Of a stretch of DNA of 20,326 bases, positions 11,838 through 20,326 are shown piece after piece; positions within the stretch are counted from its first letter, which is position 1; each line of letters opens with the position of its first letter. The translations under genes were made by a program, and so were the position numbers. Source of the stretch: Octopus sinensis (lineage: Eukaryota). The stretch covers positions 1 to 20,326 of the forward strand of contig NW_021824028.1 in NCBI RefSeq assembly GCF_006345805.1. Reading direction: 5' to 3'. The notes under the pieces were generated by a model. It did no database searches, had not been told where the DNA came from, and was given only the letters and a program-made list of their open reading frames with translations.

Positions 11838-13478
11838 TATATTGGGTAACATATTATGAAATTTGGAAAATTCCCTAGATTTGAGGATATGTGAGTATTT
11901 GAGATTATTTACTAAATTACCTAATATATTGCGTAACATATTATGAAATTTGTAGAGGTCTTTAGATTTGAGAAATGGGGGTACTTGAGAGTATTTAATA
12001 AATTACCTAATATATTGCGTAACATATTATGAAATTTGTAGAGGTCTTTAGATTTGAGGAATGGGAGTACTTGAGATTATTTAATAAAATATGTAATATA
12101 ATGCGTAACATATTATTCAATTAGGGGAAGTCCCTAGATGTGACGATATGGGGTACTTGAGATTATTTAATAAATTACCTAATATATTGGGTAACATATT
12201 ATGAAATTTGGAAAATTCCCTAGATTTGAGGATATGTGAGTATTTGAGATTATTTAATAAATTACGTAATATATTAGGTAACATATTATTCAATTTGGGA
12301 GGTCCCTAAATTTGAGGATATGCAATTTGAGGAGGTCCCTAGATGTGACAAAATGGGGTACTTGAGATTATTTAATAAATTACCTAATATATTGCGTAAC
12401 ATATTATGAAATTTTGGGAATTCCCTAGATTTGAGGATATGTGAGTATTTGAGATTATTTACTAAATTGCCTAAAATATTGCGTAACATATTATGAAATC
12501 TGTAGAGGTCTTTAGATTTGAGGAATGGGGGTACTTGAGATTATTTAATAATTTATCCTCATTGCTCGGAAAAAGATGGATGCTCGCGAGTCCTCTTGGT
12601 TGAGGCAGAGGATCTCACTCGCAATCGTGCGCGGGAACGCGCAAGCAATCCGTTCGGCTGGATTAATTTAGTTAACTGACAATTGTTTTGTTCATTAGTG
12701 TTAAAGTATACAAAAAAAAAAAAAAAATTATGTCATATATTGCGTAACATATTATTCAATTTGACGAGGTCCCTAGATATGAGTATTTTAGGGTACTTAA
12801 GATTATGTAATAAATTACGTAATATATTAGGTAACATATTATTCAATTTGGGAGGTCCCTAAATTTGAGGATATGGGGGTACTTGAGATTATGTAATAAA
12901 TTGCGTAATATATTGCGTAATATATAATGCAATTTTAGGAGGTCCCTGGATGTGAGGACATGGGAGTAGTTGAAATTATCTTATAATTTAGGTCATTTAT
13001 TGCGTAATATATTATGCAATTTGTGGAGGTCCCTAGATATGAGGATATGGGGCTACTTGAGATTATGTAATAAATTACGTAATATATTAGGTAACATATT
13101 ATTAAATTTGGGGAGGTCCCTAAATTTGAGGATATGGGAGTACTTGAGATTATGTAATAAATTACGTAATATATTACGTAACATATTATTCAATTTAGGG
13201 AAGTCCCTAGATGTGAGCATATGGGGGTATTTAAGATTATTATTAAATTACGTAATATATAGCGTGAAATATTTTGCAATTTGACGAGGTCCCTAGATAT
13301 GAGTATTTTGCGGTACTTAAGATTATGTAATAAATTACGTAATATATTGCGTGAAATATTATGCAATTTCGGGAATTCCCTAGATTTGAGGATATTTGGT
13401 ATTTGAGATTATTTACTAAATTACCTAAAATATTGCGTAACATATTATGAAATTAATTATGTAATATATTGCGTAACA
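11838..13478. repeat. Satellite array segment (contains CRE-like insert 12552-12727 and the empty pogo target site)
   Basis: Same monomers. CCTAA-TA-TATTGGGTAAC...GGAAAATTCCC at 12178-12220 is the uninterrupted version of the site occupied by both pogo copies. Confidence 0.95.
12552..12727 (+). mobile_element. 5'-truncated 3' end of a second CRE-like RLE non-LTR retrotransposon (family B)
   Basis: Encodes FILIARKKMDARESSWLRQRISLAIVRGNAQAIRSAGLI* (12552-12671), then a 40-bp UTR and A16 (12712-12727). Satellite resumes at TTATGTCA. TSD short or ambiguous. Confidence 0.85.
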
Positions 13479-13507
13479 GAGGATTACATTGTTCTTGTGG
13501 TGTACGG

Positions 13508-14225
13508 ATGGTTGGTTTTTCGCAGTCTGAAAAAGTCATTCCCATGGACGGATCCACAGAAATTTTACCAAATGGAACTCAAGAAAGTGTGGACCTGACA
13601 GTTCATGGTCATCCTGATGCCTCGGGCAATTGCAATTACGGACCCCCACAGACCCCTTCAACTTTGATTCCCATGAAAGCTATTTGTGAGTCAATCGAAT
13701 CTTCCAACCCTGGAGAATGGATGTCATCTCTATTGATTTGTGTCAAAGACCGTCTTAAACGAGTCCCCAGAGGAGGTTGGCCCCTCATTGCTACATATTT
13801 TAATTCTAAATTCGGAAAAAAGAAATCAATATATGAATTAAAAAAACTCGCTTCTGTCTTCGGGAATAGAAGCGAAATTTCCAAAAATGAAAAAAAGAAC
13901 GAATAATAATTCCCCTGATTTGGCACTTTACAACAGGGTGCATGAGGAATTATTAATTCAATTGATGCAAATAATTCTAAAACAATCGATGCGAGGCAAC
14001 AGACAAGGAAGATACCGTCTCAATATGTAATCACGAGTTAATCGAAATAATAAATAAATCATTGATCGAATATACAACAAACAACCTACCTACAAGTATT
14101 GAAGATATTTCAACTCTGATATATTCCCCGCAATGTGTGTACCAACAAATTACAATGAGAGATCCAATTAAAACGAATTGGAAGCAGAGAATACAAAATA
14201 AAATTGAGTCTTTGACTGAAAAAAA
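13508..14225 (+). pseudogene. N-terminal part of the R4-like ORF
   Basis: ...GGWPLIATYFNSKFG... (Myb/SANT-like by pattern, inference) and ...TNWKQRIQNKIESL (resembles the W..R...KI..L segment of R4-clade N-termini). Several 1-bp frameshifts. Joins in frame to 16543 when the Helitron is removed. Confidence 0.7.
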
Positions 14226-14251
14226 TCTTAATAATAAAATGGTATGGTGTG

Positions 14252-14252
<1 letters not shown>

Positions 14253-14288
<36 letters not shown>
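14253..14288. repeat. (GTCT)9 microsatellite near the Helitron 5' end
   Basis: Nine perfect GTCT units flanked by GT dinucleotides. Confidence 0.97.
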
Positions 14289-14290
<2 letters not shown>

Positions 14291-14329
14291 GTGTGCACAC
14301 CAACTTCAAATTGGCAAAGTAAAGATAAA

Positions 14330-14987
14330 TTCCCCCCAAAAAAAATTTTCTGCATTTTGGTTAAAATGAACAACTACGATGTCCTCGACTTACATGATGA
14401 GGTCCTTAAAACCTTCCCCCCAAAAAAAAATTAAAAAAAAAATTTTCTGCATTTTGGTTAAAATGAACAACTACGATGTCCTCGACTTACATGATGAGGT
14501 CCTTAAAACCTTCCCCCCAAAAAAAAATTAAAAAAAAATTTTCTGCATTTTGGTTAAAATGAACAACTACGATGTCCTCGACTTACATGATGAGGTCCTT
14601 AAAACCTTCCCCCCAAAAAAAAATTAAAAAAAATTTTCTGCATTTTGGTTAAAATGAACAACTACGATGTCCTCGACTTACATGATGAGGTCCTTAAAAC
14701 CTTCCCCCCAAAAAAAATTAAAAAAAAATTTTCTGCATTTTAGTTAAAATGAACAACTACGATGTTCTCGACTTACATGATGAGGTCCTTAAAACCTTCC
14801 CCCCAAAAAAAATTAAAAAAAAATTTTCTGCATTTTGGTTAAAATGAACAACTACGATGTTCTCGACTTACATGATGAGGTCCTTAAAACCTTTCCGCCC
14901 AAAAATCAAAAAATTATTTTCTGCATTTGATTAAAATGAACAACGTTAATGTCCTCGACATTCATGATGAGGTCCATTAAAACCTTC
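14330..14987. repeat. ~93-97-bp tandem repeat, ~7 copies, inside the Helitron
   Basis: CTGCATTT anchor at 14350, 14447, 14543, 14638, 14733, 14828, 14921. Units differ mainly in A-run length; the last unit is diverged. Confidence 0.95.
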
Positions 14988-15341
14988 GAGGCAAAATCTC
15001 ACGTATTAAGAATATCCTTGATGAAAACGACAGCGAGAATATTAACAATGATGAACTCCCAATTATTCGCGATAAAGAAATTCAATTCATCCTATGATTT
15101 CTCTCTTTAAATTAATGCATATATCATTATCGACCATGAATCAAAATTAAAGCTATTATCATATTTGACTTTGACAGAATGTGCAATTACAGATTGCACG
15201 ACCTTGAAAAGAGTGTGCAATTAACAGATTTTAAAAAACACTTTGATAGTTGAAACCACATTAGCACAATCATTAACACAATTTACCACCAATTGACAGC
15301 GCAATCAGAAGAATTTGCGTAAAAATATTAACTATTTAGTT

Positions 15342-15577
15342 AAGTTTTTCGTAAAGATAGAATTTATTTTCGGTATGCCTCTTTCCTAAACTTTTTTATT
15401 ATTCAAAAATAATTTTTTCAATAGATACCGAAGGAGGGAAGACGACCTTAAGAAAAAAGTTTTTCGTAAAGATAGAATTTATTTTCTGTATGCCTCTTTT
15501 TTCCTAATATTTTTTATTATTCAAAAATAATTTTTAAATAGATAACCGAAGGAGGAAAAACGAAGCTGAAGAAAAAA
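15342..15577. repeat. Diverged ~115-120-bp tandem duplication inside the Helitron
   Basis: AAGTTTTTCGTAAAGATAGAATTTATTTT... starts at 15342 and again at 15457. Both copies continue through ATGCCTCT...ATTCAAAAATAATTTTT...CCGAAGGAGG. Confidence 0.9.
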
Positions 15578-15645
15578 CGGTCAGCTTAAGGTATTAATTA
15601 AATAAATCTTTTTTGTGTGTCGCTTTTTTGGCTGCTGCTACTCTG

Positions 15646-15720
15646 CCTGCCGCATTTCCGCTTGCCCCATCTCCGGCTGCCCCATTTCCGCCTGCCCCAT
15701 TTCCGCCTGCCCCATTTCCG
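15646..15720. repeat. 15-bp GC-rich minisatellite, 5 copies (CCTGCCCCATTTCCG)
   Basis: Units CCTGCCGCATTTCCG, CTTGCCCCATCTCCG, GCTGCCCCATTTCCG and CCTGCCCCATTTCCG x2. Confidence 0.92.
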
Positions 15721-15957
15721 CCAGTGGTTTGTCTAATCAAGGTCACTAAGCTAAATCTCCGGACTATAAAGGCTTTTAAGCATTATCTTAATTGGCTGTT
15801 AGAAAAATTAGACAGGTTGTTGCCGTGGCGGCAGAGATTTTTTTTGTTTATACTATTTTACAAATTTTTAAAGTTTTTTTTTTGTTTTTTTTATTTTTTT
15901 GTTTTTAAATTATTTATTTTTATTTGTTTTTTTTATTTTTTTGTTATTTTCTAAAAA

Positions 15958-16430
15958 TTCAACCGGATTGAATTTTTAAACTCCTTAGATCCCTCTGGAA
16001 TGCGGAATCATCTTTTAAAGTTAAAGATAGGCGTTCCAGTGGTTTTATTACGAAATCTTGCGCCACCTAAATTATGCAACGGAACGAGGTTAGTTATCAA
16101 AAATTTGATGGCTAACGTAATAGAGGCGACGATATTAACAGGTAAGTATAGAGGTGAGGATGTTTATATTCCACGAATTCCGATAATTACTGATAAATTA
16201 CCATTTAGATTTAAAAGGCTGCAATTTCCTTTGAGGATGAGTTTTGCAATGACAATAAACAAGGCCCAGGGACAGTCATTAAGGTAGTTGGGTTATTTTT
16301 AGAGAGTGAGTGCTTTTCACATGGACAGCTGTATGTGGGATGCTCGAGGGTAGGCAGAAGAGAAAATTTATTTATATATGCCAAGGAAGGACGGACGACA
16401 AACATCGTTTATCAACAGGCGATAGAATAG
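15958..16430 (+). pseudogene. C-terminal fragment of Helitron RepHel PIF1-family helicase
   Basis: [41 protein letters not shown]...[22 protein letters not shown], then after a 1-bp deletion at ~16284 VGLFLESECFSHGQLYVGCSRVG...TTNIVYQQAIE* (stop 16428-16430). These are typical Helitron/PIF1 C-terminal motifs. Confidence 0.93.
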
Positions 16431-16510
16431 GGTTACATTAAACCAGGTAGTCTTATACATCTACATAAACTTATAGTTGTTTGATGAAACAGGCCCTCCG
16501 CAGGAGCTAG

Positions 16511-16542
16511 GTCGCGGTGAGCGAAGCGAGCTGCCGAGCTAG
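16511..16542 (+). terminator. Helitron 3' terminal hairpin plus CTAG (rolling-circle termination signal, not a transcription terminator)
   Basis: GTCGCGGTGAGCGAAGCGAGCTGCCGAGCTAG followed by target T. GC-rich imperfect stem just upstream of the terminal CTAG. Confidence 0.75.
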
Positions 16543-19297
16543 TATATTAATATCAAAATACTTTATGTCTACTATCAAAGACGAAGAAAAGAAGAAAGTC
16601 ATTGACATTTTATGTTCTTACAATTACAAAAAATCCAAAAGGGGAGAATTTGAAAGAATCTCGACAACAATCACAGACCAGATTCGAATTCTAAACAAAA
16701 AGGTGTCTATTGCAGATTCAAGGCGACAATACGGAATTGATAATCGGAAGTTTGAGTTGAATCGAAGGTCGTTCTACAGAAACCTCCATTCTAACTCTGA
16801 TAATGCTCTGATTGATTGTTTCGACACATCTGATTGTCTCAAATTTTGGATGGACGTCTGGAAGAAAAAGGAGAAAAATGAGTTAAGTTTTGGAGTGAAT
16901 AAGAGAGTTACTGGTGCTGAGCACCATGACTCCGACATCAATGACGAGTTCATTTTAAACTTAATTGAATCTCTTCCTAACTGGAGAGCTCCGGGATGTG
17001 ATTGTGTATACAATTTTTTCATCAAAAAATTGGATTCTCTTCACAAATTCCTATTTCAAGAAATCAGAAATATTATTAACGGAACTAGTCACCCGCAAAG
17101 TTGGTTTTATACTGGAATCACTTACCTGATCCCAAGAAAGCAACCTCTATTGACCCCAAGGACCTCAGACCGATCACATGTATGCCATGTTTGTACAAAC
17201 TGGTTACAAAGTGTGTGAATGAAAAATTGCAATATATGCCGACACTTACAACTTGATAACTGAGTACCAGCTTGGAACTAAACGACATTGTCAAGGAGCA
17301 AAAGAACTTGCACTTTTAAACAGATGCGTCAACAAAGCGCACGATAATAAATTATTTTGTGCATGGATCGACGTCAAGAAAGCATTTGACTCAGTTAGTC
17401 ATGACTTTCTTGTTGAAATCCTCGAAAACTCTGGACTGCCTAATTGGATAACTAGTTTTATTATGTCAATTATTCCAAACTGGAAAGTCTCTTTGAGATT
17501 GGGAAAAAAACAGCTGGGAACTGTTAATATAGAACGTGGTATACTCCAAGGCGACTCTCTGTCGCCCCAATTATTTGTACTTGTTTTGGATCCGTTAAGT
17601 AGACTTTTATCTTCAAAATATCCAAATATATCGATAAATTCTGGTGACATTAATTCCCTAACCTTTTCTACAAATCACTTCCTATTCATTGACGACTTGA
17701 AGCTATTGTCCAAAGAAGAGGAGACATTGGCGTGGATGATGGAAGATGTGAACTATTACTTTGAATCATCTGGACTGGAGAGGAATTTCGATAAATCAGC
17801 AACAAATAGTTACCTATTAAGAAATGATGGTAAATTGATGGATGGTCTGGACAGCTACAGATATTTGGGAGTTTTAGAAAACAGATGTAGTAAAGTACTC
17901 AAAGAAGACGTACTCAAAAATATTAAAGAAGAAATGCAAAACCGTATTGAAAAGTTATCGGAAACTAAATTGAACTCAGTCAATTTATTTAAAGCAATCA
18001 ATGAACATGCTCTATCACTGTGCAATTACTATATTGGACTCATTGACTTAGAACCCTGTGAATTTGAAGAAATTGATAAATTAGTCAGAAAAATACTTAT
18101 GAATTTGAATGTGCATATGAAACCAGCTTGCAAAGAAAGACTTTACTTACCGAGGAATATGTTTGGAAGGGGATTGATATCTATCACTTTCAAAGCTGAG
18201 AAAATGTTGCTTGATTTCAAAACAAGCCTGGAAAGGCGAAAATTTACTTCTCTGAGAGTGCAGGAATTCTGTGGGCTGAACAACAAAAAAGTCACACATG
18301 GCCACAATCACAGAATTCTTGCAAATAAAATATGAATCAACCCAGCACATTGAACAGACACTAAAGAGTCTGCAGATTGAGTGTCTTTTATCAGCTTGAT
18401 AATGAGACTTTCGATATACAGACATCCTCAAAATGGATTGTAAAAGGAAATATTTCCCCTAAATCTGAAGCCATGTTCTTCCTTCTGCAGGACAGGAATA
18501 TTTTCTTCCGCGAGCTTGGTTCGAAATGCCCACATTGCAAATCTTCTAATAAGACAGTCGACCATTTGGCAACTCGATGCAATAGAATGCTTAATTCCGA
18601 TTATACAAGGCGACACAACGAAATTGTTAAATGCATACACATGCACCTATGCAGAAAATTTGGATTCAAAAAATCAAAAAGGTTGAAGACTCACTCTATC
18701 CAAAGCGTAATTACCAATGATCGTGCTGAATTACGAGTTGACACTACTATCCCTACCGAGTCAAAAATTCAATATAACAAGCCGGACATTTTCCTATACG
18801 ACAAAAAATTAAACCACATATGGCTAATAGAGATTGGAGTGACGTGTGTGGATAATTTAAAAGCAGTTGAAGTTGAAAAACTTCATAAATATGATATCCT
18901 GGCAAGTGAATTAGAAATCATTTACAAGCCCAAAGTCAAAATACTTCCGATTGTCATTACCTGGGATGCGATCACCTCCAAGTATTTTAAAATATACATG
19001 GATTTGATTGGCATTAAAGACAGTGTTCTGGCATACATCCAAACGATTGCATTAAAGAAGACGTTGGAAGGAATGTTCGTAGAATATAAACATGGTTTCG
19101 AAGACGTAATGACTAAAGCATTGATTCTCAACAAAGATTATGCAGTGTGGAACACTCACCAAAGGGGAGCTAACTCGATGAAGAGGAGACATGATGAGGT
19201 GACAGAAAACGAATACTCTGAGGAAGGACAAATTAATAGCAAGAGGATCACGAAAGATGATGGTGCTGTTCAGGGAGGCCCAAGACCAGTAAATTGA
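16543..19297 (+). pseudogene. R4-like ORF continued: RT, CCHC zinc knuckle and restriction-like endonuclease (frameshifted)
   Basis: NWRAPGCD, (D)LRPITC (out of frame), WIDVKKAFDSVSH, GILQGDSLSPQLF, FIDDLKL, YRYLGVLE, RLYLPRNMFGRGL. Zinc knuckle CPHCKSSNKTVDHLATRC (C-X2-C-X8-H-X4-C), RRHNEIV, RLE motifs KPDI...IEIGVT...KLHKY. 1-bp frameshifts near 17140, 17230 and 18260-18400. Confidence 0.93.
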
Positions 19298-19350
19298 AAA
19301 ATTTAATTAATCTAACTTTTAATTTATCATTAATCTTTTAATGGTTAACC

Positions 19351-19466
19351 TTGCGTAACATATTATACAATTCAGAGAGGACCCTAGATTTGATGATATG
19401 GGGGTACTTGAGATTATGTAATAAATTGCGTAATATATTGCGTAATATATAATGCAATTTTGGGAG
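19351..19466. repeat. Short satellite remnant (~1.3 monomers)
   Basis: TTGCGTAACATATTATACAATT...CCCTAGATTTGATGATATGGGGGTACTTGAGATTATGTAATAAATTGCGTAAT...GCAATTTTGGGAG. Confidence 0.92.
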
Positions 19467-19754
19467 AGGAGACATTGGCGTGGATGATGGAAGATGTGAA
19501 CTATTACTTTGAATCATCTGGACTGGAGAGGAATTTCGATAAATCAGCAACAAATAGTTACCTATTAAGAAATGATGGTAAATTGATGGATGGTCTGGAC
19601 AGCTACAGATATTTGGGAGTTTTAGAAAACAGATGTAGTAAAGTACTCAAAGAAGACGTACTCAAAAATATTAAAGAAGAAATGCAAAACCGTATTGAAA
19701 AGTTATCGGAAACTAAATTGAACTCAGTCAATTTATCATTAATCTTTTAATGGT
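19465..19754 (+). mobile_element. Duplicated, internally deleted fragment of the R4-like element
   Basis: 19465-19736 matches 17717-17988 (offset 1748) with no mismatches seen by eye. 19730-19754 equals 19321-19345 (3' UTR). The pieces overlap by AATTTAT. Confidence 0.92.
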
Positions 19755-20326
19755 ACCTGGACGACGTGACGATTGGTGGACCTACAGAGGTCGTTATGGA
19801 AGACGTTAAGAGAATCACTTCCGGTTTCTCCAAGATCGGACTATCTCTTAACGGCGGAAAATGCGAACTCGTAAACATTTCTCTTGCCCCCGCCGCTCTC
19901 CGCAACACATTCTCCTCTCTCAGCAGCCTGATCGTTGGGTTAAGGCTAACGCCCACCGGCGATCTAGTTATCTTGGCTCTCCAATTTCCGCTGATGGCAT
20001 AGAAAATGCCTTATCGTCTAAATGGGACGAATTAAACTACTCACTGATCGGATCCGTGGGCTTGGCTCGCATCTTGCGTTTTTCTTGTGAAGAACTTTCT
20101 TTTCGTTCCCAGACTGACCTATATTCTCTCCGTTCTCCCCGTGTTTCGCTGCCACAGACCGCTCTCGGGTCTTTTGCGCCCAGTAGCAGCGGCGGGATAG
20201 ACGGTGTTAAGCCATCCACCTACGCGATCTCCTGAGCCCATTGACCCACGAATCCGGAAAAGACCTGCTATCTTCTGTCACTCGTCTTTGTTCGCACATT
20301 GTCTCGGGCGAGATTCCAACCGTCGC
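19751..20326 (+). mobile_element. CRE-like non-LTR retrotransposon RT fragments (frameshifted, rearranged, truncated by window end)
   Basis: WYLDDVTIGGPTEVVMEDVKRI...GLSLNGGKCEL; after frame repairs LGSPIS..., DRIRGLGSHLAFFLLKNFLFVPRLTYIL. From ~20160: ALGSFAPSSSGGIDGVKPSHLRDLL...GKDLLSSVTRLCSHIVSGEIP, which resembles the pre-RT region of CRE-like proteins. Confidence 0.82.

Larger units (their letters stand above)
14226..16542 (+). mobile_element. Non-autonomous (internally deleted) Helitron, 2317 bp
   Basis: 5' TC (TCTTAATAATAAAA... followed by a GTCT microsatellite), 3' GC-rich imperfect hairpin then CTAG (16539-16542), inserted between A (14225) and T (16543) with no TSD. Carries a PIF1-type helicase C-terminus just before the 3' end. 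Confidence 0.9.
13479..19350 (+). mobile_element. R4/Dong-like non-LTR retrotransposon (RT plus restriction-like endonuclease), apparently full length (~3.55 kb net), interrupted by a Helitron
   Basis: Flanked by the 10-bp direct repeat TTGCGTAACA (13469-13478 and 19351-19360), which is satellite sequence. One ORF can be reconstructed from 13508 to stop 19295-19297. 53-bp AT-rich 3' UTR with no poly(A). Confidence 0.88.

Noticed and set aside
8315-13478. CRISPR-like appearance (repeats interrupted by short unique inserts)
   Set aside because: Monomers are directly adjacent with no regular unique spacers and no cas genes. The two unique inserts have poly(A) tails and retrotransposon coding sequence, and the context is eukaryotic.
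14330-14987. Origin of the 87-bp satellite from the Helitron 96-bp repeat (both contain GAGGTCC)
   Set aside because: The similarity is limited to 7 bp and the rest of the units do not align.
15181-15199. 7-bp hairpin GTGCAAT-TACAG-ATTGCAC with a near repeat at ~15225
   Set aside because: Short enough to arise by chance or local duplication, and no supporting context for an RNA gene or terminus.
15613-15954. 113-aa plus-strand ORF with Pro-rich repeat and Phe-rich hydrophobic tail
   Set aside because: It results from the 15-bp minisatellite and a T-rich low-complexity tract, starts at TTG and has no recognisable domain.
17253-18335. RT as a bacterial group II intron, retron or other prokaryotic defence RT
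   Set aside because: The downstream CCHC knuckle and PD-(D/E)xK-type RLE, the TSD and the R4-type motifs identify a eukaryotic non-LTR element. There are no operon or intron RNA features.
13636-19134. Antisense and alternate-frame ORFs over the R4 element and Helitron (13636-13926, 14031-14373, 16211-16405, 16774-17025, 17399-17650, 18147-18646, 18922-19134) and over the pogo copies (6977-7168, 10199-10695)
   Set aside because: These are shadow ORFs of real TE coding frames or microsatellite translations with no independent motifs.

Overview
Eukaryotic, AT-rich heterochromatin-type window with no supportable host genes. The backbone is an ~86-87-bp satellite, organised locally into ~462-464-bp higher-order repeats (five monomers plus one 33-bp deleted monomer). 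Five kinds of transposable-element sequence interrupt it. (i) Two near-identical ~1.8-kb pogo/Tigger DD30D DNA transposons at the same TA of the same monomer variant (6517-8314, 10045-11837). (ii) Two short poly(A)-tailed 3' ends of two different CRE-like non-LTR retrotransposons at the same monomer position (8935-9072, 12552-12727). (iii) An apparently full-length R4/Dong-like RT-RLE retrotransposon with a 10-bp target-site duplication (13479-19350). (iv) A 2.3-kb non-autonomous Helitron nested in that element's ORF (14226-16542); removing it restores the reading frame exactly. (v) A microhomology-joined mosaic of R4 and CRE RT fragments (19465-end). Best leads: possible satellite-targeting CRE-like retrotransposons, and a monomer architecture of four 12-bp-phased PAR/C-EBP-type palindromes next to a kB-like palindrome. 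Most TE frameshifts are single-base indels, many in homopolymers, so some may be sequencing error. Family assignments come from recalled motifs, not database searches.
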